From Squalus acanthias (taxonomy: Eukaryota): DNA of 64,000 nt. Location of the stretch: NCBI GenBank assembly GCA_030390025.1, contig CM059432.1, forward strand, positions 17,610,001-17,674,000. The letters run 5' to 3'. Below are positions 11,495 through 24,473 of this stretch, in pieces. Each line of letters begins with the position of its first letter. The first letter of the stretch is position 1. A program made the position numbers and the translations under genes. The notes beneath the pieces were generated by a model. That model had not been told where the DNA came from and did not search any database. It saw only the letters and a program-made list of their open reading frames with translations.

Positions 11495-11925
11495 TAGGAA
11501 CAGGGGTAGGCCATGCAGCCCCCTTGAGCCTGTTCCGTCATTCAATTAGATCATGGCTGATCTGTATCTTAACTCCATTTACCCACCTTCGTTCCGTAAC
11601 CCTTCAAACTCTTGCCTAGTAAAAAACCTATCAATCTCAGTTTTGAAATTTTCAATTGACCCCCAGCATCAACAGCGTTATGGGGGAGAGAGTTCCAGAT
11701 TTCCACTACCCTTAGTGTGAAGAAGTGCTTCCTGACATCACCCCTGAACGGCCTAGCTCTGATTTTAAGATTATGCCGCCTTGTTCTGGAGTCCCCCAGC
11801 AGAGGAAATAGTTTCTCTCTATCTACCCGATCAACTCCTTTAATCATCTTAATCACCTCAATCTTCCATACTCAAAGGAATACAACCTGTCCTCATAATT
11901 TAACCCTTTTAGCCCCGGTATCATT
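11495..11925 (-). mobile_element. CR1 LINE 3' fragment
   Basis: ORF 11569-11856 (TRRHNLKI...FFTLRVVEIWNSLP). Confidence 0.85.
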
Positions 11926-12824
11926 CTGCTTTCTAATGCACACCTCTGTTTTAATTATCCTATAATTAGCACACAAAGCAACATGCATCCAATAGTATTT
12001 TACCCATCGGTGTTTTATGTCGTAATGTATAGAATCTTTCTCGAGATGTTTCTCAACAACAACAACAACAACTTGTATTTATATAACTCCTTCTAATGTG
12101 GCATCTATAACTCCATACGCCCAATCACATTTAATGAAATCAATTTTTTTCTAAACGATCTGCCTCTCCTGTCCCACCCTCTTTTACTGGTTACAGTGAT
12201 TCCATTGGTCAAAAGACCTTAGCTTAGCTGTGTTTATGGCAGAAAGCTCCGATAAATAGGAAACTAACTTTATTTATGACTCAGTATAGACCTACTAGAC
12301 ACTAGGGGAAAGGAATAGAAGGATATGTTGATAGGGTGAGATGAAGTAAGGTGGGAGGAGGCTGGTGTGGTACATAGACCAGTTAGGCCGAATGGCCTGT
12401 TTCTGTGCTGTAAAATGTTATCAACTAGAATTGTATTTGACATTATACAAACAAGTGGAATCCAAATACTATGTCAATGAAAATAAGTTGGCTTCCAAAG
12501 AGATTTAGGGGTCCATGTACACAGATCACTAAAATGTAGTGGTCAGGTACAAAAAATAATCAAAAAGGCTAATAGAATGCAACTTTGTTTAGCTGGTGGA
12601 GGGGAGGGGAGGGTGTATTTCCAATTTGTTGAACATGACAATGCCCATTTCCCCTTCGAGCATAGTCAGAGAATCGAACATAAAGGCACTATTTTCCATT
12701 TATGAATTGACTATATTCTGGTTAACCAATGGCCCAAGTGGCCAGCTTTGAGTGGACCTGCTTTCTATTGTGCAAGAGACGCATGGAGGTAGGAAGCTCC
12801 CAAATTGTTGAGTGGTCAGTTCTG

Positions 12825-12960
12825 CTGAACAAAGCATTTGTATCTCGAGAAATGGCATTAGGCATTGATAACCCAAATGAATTTGCAATGGTCTGAAAGT
12901 TGTCAGTAATATAGAAGGTGAGAACCAGAGCCATCTTCACTGCTTCTCTTCTTTGCCTCA
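12825..12960 (-). pseudogene. Degenerate Harbinger transposase remnant
   Basis: AVKMALVLTFYITDNFQ...FGLS...DTNALF resembles [17 protein letters not shown]...TDALF at 24820-24935. Confidence 0.5.
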
Positions 12961-13313
12961 CTCTTTTCTTAGCATTTGTCAGTTGCTGCTTCTCTCCAGG
13001 GAAAAATCACAAGACATGTTCAACTGCGGTCTGCATGTTATCAGACTCTGACTCGGATCAAATCTGAGTCCGCTAGGCTAGAAACTAATGAAGTGGCCAT
13101 CAAGGTTGTCAATGGTTATTAGAGAATTGTGAGGGACGTATTATGAGTCTTCTATTTAACTCTACCATGAACTTACTCGGTGCTATTTAGAATTTTGAAA
13201 CCTAAGCAGGGGAAGTAGCACTGTTCTACCACACAAAGTAAAGGGGATCACACTTTCCTGCCAAGAGGGAAGCAGGTAGCACAAATTTCCCTTAAATACA
13301 TGAATTCCTGCTT

Positions 13314-15135
13314 ATAAGAACATAAGAAATAGGAGCAGGAGTAGGCCAATTGGCCCCTCGAGCCTGCTCCGCCATTCAATAAGATCATGGCTGATCTGAT
13401 CCTAACTGCCAATCTACTATCACAGAACCATCTCCTGAACCTAACAGAATTGGACACACGAAATAGGAGCAGGATCAGGCTACACGGCCCCTGGGCCCGC
13501 TACGCTACCCACAGGGCCATGACCGATCCGAACCTAGACTCATGTCCAAATTCCTGCCCGCTCCCCGTAACCCTTAATTCCCTTTACTTCTAGGAAACTG
13601 TCTATTTCTGTTTTAAATTTATGTAATGATGTAGCTTCTACAGCTTTTTGGGGCAGCATATTCCATGGACCTACCACCCTCTGAGTGAAGTAGTTCCTTC
13701 TCATCTCAGTTTTGAAAGAGCAGCCCCTTATTCTAAGACTATGCCCCCTAGTTCTAGTTTCACCCATCATCGGGAACATCCTCCCCGCATCCACCCGATC
13801 CAACCCCTTCACAATCTTATATGTTTCAATAAGATCGCCTCTCATTCTTCTGAACTCCAATGAGTAGAGTCCCAATCTACCCAACCTCTCCTCATATTTC
13901 CATCCCCTCATCCCCGGGATTAACCGAGTGAACCTTCTTTGTACTGACTCGAGAGCAAGTATGTCTTTTCTTAAGTATGGAAACCAAAACTGTATGCAAG
14001 TATTCCAGGTGCGGTCTCACCAATACCTTGTACAACTGAAGCAATACCTCCCTATTTTTATATTCTATCCCCCTAGCAATGAAAGCCAACATTCCATTGG
14101 CCTTCTTAATCACTTGCTGCACCTGCATACTAACCTTTTGAGTTTCGTGCACCAGGACCCCCAGATCCCTTTGTACTTCAGTACTTTCCAGTTTCTTGCC
14201 ATTAAGATAATAACTTGCTCTACTATTTTTCCTGCCAAAGTGCATAACCTCACACTTTCCAGTATTGTATTCCATCTGCCAAATCTCTGCCCACTTACTT
14301 AGCCTGTCTATGTCCCCTTGCAGATTTTTTATGTCCTCCTCACTCACTACTTTCCCTCCCATCTTAGTATCATCTGCAAACTTTGATATGTTACACTCGG
14401 TCCCCTCCTCCAAATCGTTAATATAGATTGTAAAGAGTTGGGGACCCAGCACTGACCCCTGCGGAACACCACTAGTTACTGATTGCCAGTCTGAGAATGA
14501 ACCATTTATCCCAACTCTCTGCCTTCTGTTAGATAGCCAATCCTCTATCCATGCCAGAATATTACCCCCAATCCCGTGATTTTTTATCTTAAGCAATAAT
14601 CTTTTGTGTGGCACCTTGTCAAATGCCTTTTGGAAGTCTAAATACACCACATCCACTGGTTCCCCTTTATCCACCCTGTATGTTACTTCCTCAAAGAACT
14701 CCAGCAAATTTGTCAAACATGACTTCCCCTTCATAAAACCATGCTGACTTTGTCCTATTAAATTATGATTCTCCAAATGTCCCGTTACTGTCTCCTTAAT
14801 AATGGACTCCAAAATTTTACCTACCACAGATGTTAGGCTAATCCGGTCTAAAGTTTCCAGCCTTCTGTCTACTGCCCTTTTTAAATAAGGGTGTTACATT
14901 AGCATTTTTCCAGTCTGCCGGGATCTTTGCTGAGTCCAGGGAGTTTTGGAAAATTATTACCAATGCATCCACAATCCCTACCGCCACTTCCCTCAAGACC
15001 CTAGGATGTAAGCCATCAGGTCCAGGTGATTTATCCACCTTAAGTCCCATTATTTTACCGAGTACCACTTCCTTAGTGATTTTGATCGTGTTTAGCTCCT
15101 CCCCCCCTATAGCCCCCTGTTTGTCCAGTGTTGGG
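13314..15135 (-). mobile_element. CR1 LINE, reverse transcriptase to 3' end, frameshifted
   Basis: ORFs 14838-15068 (KSPGPDGLHPRVL), 13892-14827 (YLDFQKAFDKV, GVPQGSVLGP, FADD) and 13540-13911. The 3' UTR is present twice. Confidence 0.95.
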
Positions 15136-15539
15136 TTATATAGAAATGCTTACAAGGGACAATGTTTTTGAACCAGGGTTAATCCTTTATCTGAATATTT
15201 TGGCCAGGAATTTCGTCGATGAAGTTTACACTGCTGTTGCCCTTTTTCAACAGCTTTGCACTCGTCAATTGGTGTGCTCATGCGTCCCCATTGGTGACGA
15301 CGTTAGTTTAAAACCTGTGTGAAATTGGTGTAAGCAGCTGAGCGACATGAAAAAGTGCAGCCTTTAAAAAGACGGTTCAGTCTGCACTTTTCAGCAGCAG
15401 ACTGGGGGACAAACCGGGAAGAGAGCAGAACTACTTGGCTCTTACACTTCACTCTCAAGTAACTTCACTGTATGTCTTACCACTGCTGTTACTTTACTCG
15501 TACAGAATTATAATCACTCAAGCATAGTCTGTGTCCAGC

Positions 15540-15760
15540 AGGACAGGAGAAGGCCATCCAACTTTACAGAAGCAGACCTCCACGACCTCCTCATGTTGAC
15601 TGAAGGCACAGACTCCTGGATGTGGGCGACACCAAGCCATCCAGAAATGTCACTCACGCCACTTGGAGGGAGATGGCACGGGCACTGGGCGGGTTCGGGT
15701 TGTACACCTGTCTTACACCCCATCTGATTTCGCTCTCCATTGAACTCAATTCAGGGCCAG
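15540..15760 (+). mobile_element. Harbinger Myb-like remnant plus MITE-like end
   Basis: RRPSNFTEADLHDLL...ATWREMA (frameshifted) resembles a Myb/SANT start. Ends in ...AATTCAGGGCC. Confidence 0.4.
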
Positions 15761-16707
15761 AATGATGAGGTCCGTGGCCTGACTCTCCTTTCCTCCGACC
15801 TTCTTTCTCTTTCATAATAATGGGATAGAGTGGTGGTATGCCCGTGGGAAAAGCTGTACCTGCGGAGTTGCTCTGGCTGTGTGGGGGAGACGGGTCAGAG
15901 GTCTGAAAGTCTTATCATGGGCTGACAGAAAGGCAGTCAAGTGAAATAGGCAGCCACAATCAAGTGAAGATGTCATTAAAACAAAAAATGATTGATAAAA
16001 TGTTTCCAAATTACAAAACTGCTCAACATTCTCTTGAAACATGCTCTTCAATCCTCACAATCTCCTCACTGCCACCTTGATCAGGTGATCCTGGCAGCTG
16101 TTGCACCTCACTTATCTCAGTCGAAATTACCAAGTGTGCAATAGTGGTTTAAAACCAGGTATCCCGCATCGACAACACCACTGACTCTTGCTCGGACATA
16201 AGCAAATGAGGCCAATGAAGTCTCAATTGGCGGATAATGGGAAGGGTAAAAAAAACTGCGAAGAAACTCGGGAAGCGTTTTAAAGGCACACAAATGGAGG
16301 AAATGATGTTCGCCCAAATTCCCTCGCATAAAAAATAAAGTTCTGTGTCACTAATGTCTGGGAATTAACCCCTTTATTTCATTATTGGGGAGAAGATTAA
16401 CACAATGGCCTAGTGGGCAAAAGCATCACTCAATGTAGCTCTAAACCATTTACAGATCAGAAGATCCCAGTTTCAGCTGTTGGCCTATGCTGAATTGTCT
16501 GGTTTTGGCCAGGGCAACAGTTGATGGGTCCTACTATTGCCCTCAGTGCTGCTGGCATAGAGCCATGCAAATCAGCCAGTGTTGCCATTCCTCTACAGGC
16601 AAGTGTGCTGACTACATGGCTGAAAATCCAATCCATGTAGCTGTGATGTTCCTCCACTGTTAAGTAACTTTCTGTTTCGGCTCGGACATAAAGAAGGACC
16701 ACTTGGA

Positions 16708-17930
16708 AACATAGAAACACAGAAGATAGGAGCAGGAGTAGGCCATTCGGCCCCTCGATCCTGTTCCGTCATTTAATGAGATCATGGTTGATCATCCAAA
16801 TTCAGTACCCTGTCCCTGCTTTCTCCCCATATCCCTTGATCACTTTAGCCTTAAGAAATATATCTAACTCCTTCTTGAATATATTTAATGAGTTGGCCTC
16901 AACTGCCTTCTGTGGTAGAGAATTCCACAGGTTCACCACTCTCTGGGTGAAGAAATTCCTCCTCATCTCAGTCCTAAATGGCTTACCCCTTATCCTTAGA
17001 CTGTGACTCCTGCTTTCTGGGCTCCCCCGCCATCGGGAACATCTTTCCTGCATCTAGTCTGTCTAGTCCTGTTAGAATTTTATAAGTTTCAATGAGATCC
17101 CCTCTCATTCTTCTAAACTTTAGCAAATATAAGCCTAATCGACCCAATCTCTCTTCATATGTCATTCCTGCCATCCCAGGTATCAGTCTGGTGAATCTTC
17201 GCTGCACTCCCTCCATGGCAAGAACATCCTTCCTCAGATAAGGCGATTAAAACTGCACACAATACTCAAGGTGTGGTCTCACCAAGGCCCTGTACAACTG
17301 CAGCAAGACATCCTTGCTCCTGTACTCGAATCCTCTCGCTATGAAAGCCAACATACCATTTGCCTTCTTAACCGCCTGCTGCACCTGCATGCTTACCTTC
17401 AGCGACTGGTGCACAAGGACACCCAGGTCTCGTTGCACTTCCCCTTTTCCCAATCTATTGCCGTTCAGATAATAATCTGCCTTCCTGTTTTTGCCACCGA
17501 AGTGGATAACCTCGCATTTATCCACATTATACTGCATCTGCCATGCATCTGCCCAATCATCCAACCTGTCCAAATCATACTGGAGTTTCTCTGCATCCTC
17601 CTCACAGCACACACGCCCACCCAGCTTTGTGTCATCTGCAAACTTGGAAATATTACATCTAGTTCCCTCGTCTAGATCATTAATATATATTGTGAATAGC
17701 TGGGGTCCTAGCACCGATCCCTGCGGTACCCCACTAGTCACTGCCTGCCACTCGGAAAAAGACCCGTTTATTCCAACTCTTTGCTTCCTGTCTGCCAACC
17801 AGTTTTCTATCCAAGTCAATACCTTACCCCCAATCCCATGTGCTTTAACTTTGCACGCTAATCTCTTATGCGGGACCTTATCGAAAGCCTTCTGAAAGTC
17901 AAATGCACCACATCCACTGGTTCTCCCTTA
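16708..17930 (-). mobile_element. CR1 LINE RT and 3' fragment
   Basis: ORFs 17247-17819 (GVPQGSVLGP, FADD, RPHLEYCVQF), 16983-17216 and 16802-17053, then tail. Confidence 0.95.
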
Positions 17931-19122
17931 TCTTGGACGAGGTACCTAACAGCTGCTGGCTCTTGTGGGACCATGGCCTTTGGAAGAGACGGGGCAAAAT
18001 TCTCTCCTAAACCACAGATAGTGAGTGGCCTGGAGCCATCAAAATCGTACTTTACAAAAACATTCGTGACACCCAAATTACGTATTACAAGTGGTGGCAA
18101 ATCATCTAACTCCCCAGTTTTTCCCAAGTGTACATTTTTAGGGACGGAATCAACCTTGTGTCCGTGTCATATTATCTGGATGAAGTAATGCTTCTGCCAT
18201 CAGTACAAAGTATAATACAATCTGGGCTGGCCCCTTTAACTTTTCAGGCACAGAGTTTAATATTTTGCAAATGTATAAATGGTTTAGTGACAATAGTGTT
18301 CCAGATGGCTCACATCTTATCAAAGAGGAATTTGTTATAAAACAAGTTGTATATGACCACGAGAGACAGAAGAAGAAAGATGATTACAAAGAGGACGGTG
18401 AGAACAGGCTCACCGATGAATAAACAATTGGGATTCTTTAAACAATGATTGCCGTATGCCGTGACTGGTGGGTACTGGGCACTCAATCATTCAATGGCTT
18501 GTTAGGTATTCGCATGCCGACAATTTTAGTAGATAGGCCACAGTGAGCTGTGGGACGGCAGCAACATCCATATATGGGATAAAAGAACAGCAACCCTTCA
18601 GCATCTTGGACCCTCTCCAGGTTCTAAACCTTGCTTCACTGTTACCACAGAGAGAGCTTATAAAATGAAGGTGTCAGTAACTGCTTTGACATCGAGCCTT
18701 CAGCTCCGCTGCCCACATGTATATTACTTAAAAATCTTTTGTAGTGTCAGACCCTTAAATATTATGGTATTAGTTTAACTTTGGCATTGAGCATTGGCAC
18801 AGTGACAGCCCTGTAGCATAACCAGGGTTAGAACATGACACTGTTTTGCGATTTCACAAGTAGAACACTTTTGAAAGGTTGAACGATATTGGCAGTGCAG
18901 GGCTCAAGATTTGAAAGAAACAGCTTGCGGGGGTTGAGAGATGTCCAATTTCCCTAAAATATTAAACGTGCCCAAACTTTGTTGTCATTCTCGTTGTGGT
19001 GCAGCCAGCTTGGAACATTTCCTGAGCTAATTTTTCATTTATTTGTCATGGCTTTCAGGCATTTGGACCTATGGGTTTGAGATGTAATTGTTCGTGGAGG
19101 GCACGGGACATGGCAACAAAAT

Positions 19123-19450
19123 CATAGGATCGTGGAATATACAGCACAGGAGGAGGCCATTCGGTCCATCGTGCCTGGGCTAGCACCCTGCAAGAGCTAC
19201 CAATTAGTCTCACTCCCTTGCTCTTTCCCCATAGCCCTGCAAATTTTTTCCTTTTTAAGTCGAGATTCAATCCTCTTTTGAAAGTTACTACTAAATCGGC
19301 TTCCACCGCCCTTTCAGGCACCGCGTTCCAGAGCAAAACAACTCGCTGAGTTAAAAAAAAATTCACCTCATCTCTCCCTGGCTTTTGTGCCAACTATTTT
19401 AAATCTGTGTTCTCTGATTACCGACCATCCTGCCAGTGGAAACAGTTTCT
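19123..19450 (-). mobile_element. CR1 LINE 3' fragment
   Basis: FLTQRVVLLWNAVPERAVEA plus tail. Confidence 0.8.
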
Positions 19451-19499
19451 CATCATTTTTAAGTTCATCTGTGAACTTCTCACGCTGTAGGTGAGGGGT

Positions 19500-20700
19500 T
19501 TACCTCACAGGTCCGCTTTTGCTAATACTGAATATATATTAATGAGTTAGATAAAGGTACTGTAAGCAAATTCCCCGAGATGATACAAAACTAGGAGATA
19601 GGTCAAACAATGAAGAAAAATGCAACCGGATAAAGAAGGATTTAGCTAACAGTTTCAATTCAATATGGATAAATGTAAGGTAATAAATGTGGGAAGAAGG
19701 AGCCAAAAGAGGGAGTAAATGTTAAAAGGGACTGTAGTACAGTGTGCTGATCAAGAAAGAAATCTAAGTTTATACAAAGTTACAAAATATTTACAGCACA
19801 GAAACAGGCCCATCGGCCCAACAGGTCCACGCCAGTGCTTATGCTCCACACCAGCCTCCTCCCACCCCTCTTCATCTCACCCCATCAACATATCCTTCTA
19901 TTCCTTTCTCCCTCATGTGCTTATCTAGCTTCCCCTTGAATGCATCTATGCTATTCGCCTCAACTATTCCTTGTGGTAGTGAGTTCCACGTTCTAACCAC
20001 TCTCTGGGTAAAGAAGTTTCTCCTGAATTCCCTATTGGATTTATTAGTGACTGTCTTATATTTATGGCCCCTAGTTCTGGTCTCGCCCACAAGTAGAAAC
20101 ATCTTTTTGGGACCACCAGCGCAATGCTTAGCTGCAGTAAAAAAGGGCAAGTAAGTCCTGTTTAGTAGAACAAATGTAAAGGAGGTGTTGTCACGTTTTA
20201 TAAGGCACTGGCTATACTTCATTGAGAACATTGTTTGCAGCTCTGGCCTATTAATCATAGGAAGGACTTTATTGCCCTTGAGAGGCAGAGGCAAGCAGGA
20301 TATATGATTCTGGGTACAGTATCAGGAATTTAACTTCTTGTAATGAAATGTTAAAGAAAGAGTCAAGAAAGACTTGCATTTATATAGCGCCGTTTACAAT
20401 CTCAGGACGTCCCAAGGTGCTTTACAGCTGATGAAGTACTTTTGAAATGCAGTTAGTGTTTCTTGGGTTTGTTTATTTTGTAAAAGAGGAGACTTTGAAG
20501 TTATATAATTTAATTTTTCAAGATTATGAAGAGAATTGACAGAGCTGAACCAAGAAGATTTGTCACTTTGGAAAAGGATTCAAATATCAGGGGATATAAC
20601 TAAAAGGTTAGAAAGTTTAGAGTGAGAAGAGAAATCAGGAGGACCTTTTTTTACCTAAAGATATTCACCAATCCACATGGGTAGTGGACAGAGATGAGCA
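19500..20700. mobile_element. Old plus-strand CR1 remnant with a younger minus-strand CR1 3' fragment (~19790-20105) and a SINE tail (~20368-20460)
   Basis: Minus-strand TRGHKYK...FFTQRVVRTWNSLP. Decayed plus-strand RT motifs (DDTKLG; LYKAL) flank it. Confidence 0.6.
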
Positions 20701-21114
20701 TACTTTGTAATATTCATACCTGGTAATATTACATGTACTGTACATGCAAAAATAATGGGAGATGGCACTCTCAAACACAGGTAGCTTGTGCGTTGGCACG
20801 AGGGACCCTTCAACTGAAATGCCATTCACTGATATTACCTGTGGTTAATTCCCCATGTCGACATATCTCCCAGGTGCAGGCTTTTGGAGCTCCTCGGCCA
20901 TGGATGCACTCCTGAGTGATGTCTCAGTGGATGCCTCTTATAACAGTTTGTAGCAATATACAAAAACAATAATTCTTTCAAAAAAAGGAATGTAATGATA
21001 TCATTATGGGAACTTTATGGGGAAATATTTAGAGACTTACATGTACACATCTAAGAATGAATGCAAAGTCAACTGTACATTACCTATGGAGAAAACACAA
21101 GAATTTATCTGTTA

Positions 21115-22970
21115 GGTGTCAGCTGTGGCTCAGTTGTGTAGGTGGTGGTGGTGTGTGTCAGCTTCACCTCTAACTTATGAGCAGTTCGAATCGCTCCCAC
21201 TCCCTTGGTTCTAGACCTTGGACTTATTTGGGGGTTGTGACAAAAAGTGCAGCAGACAACTGGTTTTGGTGCAAGAAACTTTGATCTTTATTCAAGAGAG
21301 AAAATATAACACAACAATCTTAACACTCTAATAAAATGGGGAACACTTCGATACACACGAGGGAAATTACAGTAGAAAAATACCTCACCCCTCCCAATCC
21401 CACTTTACTAGTTAAGTTAGGCTCTAGAGGACCAGGGATAATACTCACCAAACGAATCCTTGACAGCTGAGCTGGCTCGCGGTTTCGGGGTTCGCTGGAT
21501 GTGTTGGTTGGTGCCTGCCATACCCCAGACGCGGTAGAGGACTTCGACTGCGTATCTGGTCAGTTTTTGCGAGTCCGCTGATGCGGTAGGGAGTGTATTG
21601 GATTTATCGGGTGAGTACCCACTTCTCTTCGGTTAGAGTTAGGGTTTAGAGTATTTTGAGTAAAATCTTACCCAGGGGTAAGTCAGGAATAGATTGCAGA
21701 GTGGAAAACTTGCGAGTCTTCGGTTTTCTCCCGAGTTGGTTTTCTTTGGTCGCGGTGGCCCAATATTACCCGGTTGGTTGGTGGTGATATTCGGTTGGTT
21801 GTTTCGTAAGGCCCTTGTTGCCGCGAGGTGTCTGATGGTCACTGGAACTGTTGCTCTGGTCTCTTCTTGTCTTGTAGAGAACTGGTTGTCACCCGGTAAC
21901 TGCTGAACTCCTTCAACTGCTTGTTCTTGAGAAAAGCAGGCCTCCAATTGTACTAATTGGGGCCTCCTAATCTGCGCGCCAAATCAGTCCCGGTTTATTG
22001 TAAGATTTTGGCGGGCTCGTTAATAGCAACTTGTTTATGAATGTGTGAAAATGGTTTCGGGATGGTTTGAGCTTTTGCTTGATTGTAGTCATTGTGCTCA
22101 GGTTTCGAGTTTCCTGACCGGGCCTGAGATTTCTATGGAGTGGGGCTAGGTGATTTGTTTTATGCATGTTTTGGATGGGTCCTGTAATTTGGGTGGGGAC
22201 TGCTCTTCCGTGGGTCTATTGTTAGAATGTAAATTGTCTGATAGAGGCTGAGTGACGTTAAACAGTTCCCCAGACAGTTTGATTTACTCCAATACTCAAA
22301 CCGTCTATTACAGAGGTTGATCCCAACTCCTGTTGCAGCCTTTTCCTTTACAAGCCCAAACATGCCTTTTTAAAAATACCAAATCTTGGTTTTTGACCTT
22401 GAATCTCCCTCTGTTAGGCCCAATACATTTTATCACCCTGAAGTGGTTAGAAAAGAGTCCAAAGTCCTTTTCTTTAGGGTTTTTTCTCTCCGAGTTTTGG
22501 GGGATCTGTGAATTTTGAGAATCTTACAGTTGGTAGCACTCTTGCCTCTGAGCCAGTAGCTCATGGGTCCAAATACCACTACAGAGACTTGAGCACATAA
22601 TCCAGGCTGACACCTCAGTGCTGTACTGAAGGGGTGCTGCACTGTCGGACGTACCTTCTTTTGGATGAGACGTTAAACCGAGGCCCTGTTTGCCCTCTCG
22701 GGTGGATGTAAAAGATCCCATTACACTATTTGAAGAAGAGCAGGTGAGCTCTCCCGGTGTCCTGGCCAACATTATCCCTCAAACAACGTCACTAAAACAG
22801 ATTACCTGGCCATTTATCTCAGAATTTTGTAGGACCTTTCTGTGCACAAATTAGCTGCTGCCTTTCGCTATGTTACAACAGTGACTACACTTCAAGGGTA
22901 TTTCATTGGCTGTGAAGCACATTCGAACATTCTGAGATTGTGAAGGGTGCTATTATAAATGCAAGTTCTT
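21115..22970 (+). mobile_element. Deu-domain SINE split by a solo LTR (SINE parts 21115-21136 and 22529-22970)
   Basis: GGTGTCAGCTGTGGCTCAGTTG | GTTGGTAGCACTCTTGCCTCTGAG rejoin to give an intact A box. Confidence 0.85.
21137..22528 (-). mobile_element. Solo LTR, 1392 bp
   Basis: TGTAGG...CTTACA termini, 4-bp TSD GTTG (21133-21136, 22529-22532), minus-strand AATAAA at 21287-21292. Confidence 0.85.
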
Positions 22971-23159
22971 ATGTATTTACATGTTTGACCCATCACCTGT
23001 CATAGAATCACAGAATGGTTACAACACGGAAGAAGGCCATTCGGCCCATCGAGCCCGTGCCACTTGTGGAGCAGGTGGCCGCATCGCCCATGCCCTGTGC
23101 GGATTCGGTTGAGCGCTGTCCACTGTCTTCGAGGGAGGTCGAAGCCAGGGACCTCTGCT

Positions 23160-23587
23160 GTTCCTGGTTAAGCAGCGCCTCGATTTCAAAATTCTCATCC
23201 TTGTTTTCAAATCCCTCCATGGTCTTGCCCCTCCCTATCTCTGTAATCTCCTTCAGCCCCACAACCCCCCGAGATATCTGCGCTCCTCTAATTCTGCCCT
23301 CTTGAGCATCCCTGATTATAATCGCTCAACCTTTGGTGGCCGTGCCTTCTGTTGCCTGGGCCCTAAGCTCTGGAATTCCATGCCTAAACCTGTCCGCCTC
23401 GCTACCTCTCTTTCCTCCTTTAAGACGCTCCTTAAAACCTACCTCTTTGACCAAGCTTTTGGTCACCTGCCCTCCTTATGTGGCTCGGTTTCAAATTTTT
23501 TGTCTTAAAATACTCCTGTGCAGCGCCTTGGGACGTTTTACTACGTTAAAGGTGCTATATAAATACAAGTTGTTGTTGTTGTTGTTG
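23160..23587 (+). mobile_element. L2-type LINE 3' fragment
   Basis: KQRLDFKIL...GGRAFCCLGPKLWNS...FKTLLKTYLF with a (TTG)n tail. Confidence 0.85.
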
Positions 23588-24473
23588 GGTCAGTGGTGAG
23601 GTGATTAAACAAGTGAAGTTCAGAATATTAATGGGTGTTTCCAAAAGCTATGCCTTAGCCATCCATCCCACATCTTGATAATGAATGATAATAACCCCCC
23701 CCAGTCTATAATATATTAAATTGGTTATGTATGTTGCACACTCCTTACTGGAGTTGGTTATTCCGGTCTGTAGGACTTGCAGTCTAACATTTCTTGCCTT
23801 AAGCAAAAGCAAAAATCTCAACTCAATTGAATTACCTCAAACAGTCACACCAGAGGAAATTTGTCTCGTTAACCTTGAATGAGAGACACATTTATAGCCA
23901 CATATTTGGATGATTTGCTGGAAATATTGACAAGAGGAAGCAAATTATAATTTTTTATGGAAGGAATGAATTGAAGAGTCAGAAGGTAACTAAAATATTT
24001 TTTTAAAAGCACCTCAAAAGAGAAAAGATGGGTTAATATTTTGGCTAGAGACCCTTCATTAGAAATCCTAGCATTTTCTATTTTTATTTCATATTTCCAA
24101 TATTTGCAGTTTTTACATTTTCATCTCAGAAGATGCACATCAGTGAAGTAAGTAATAGGTCATGATGACTAACGGTATTGTGACTCATCCAATGCATGAA
24201 CATCTTTAATTACACTTCAATGCTTGACTAAACCAGTCTACATCCCTGATTGACTGCTGCACCTGCAGCATAAAAGTGGACCTGTAACATGGCTGACTTT
24301 CAGATGCCAGAACTTTGTGCTTTGAGGTTTTGGAACACATTTTGCAGGTCTGTTGAGCTTGTAAGTGTTTAAGCTGAGATCCATATGCACTGTGACCTCC
24401 TTGGAAAACCCTCTCCCCACATTGACTGGGCGCTTATAACATCTATTCCTCAACTGAGATATATACCAGTGGA

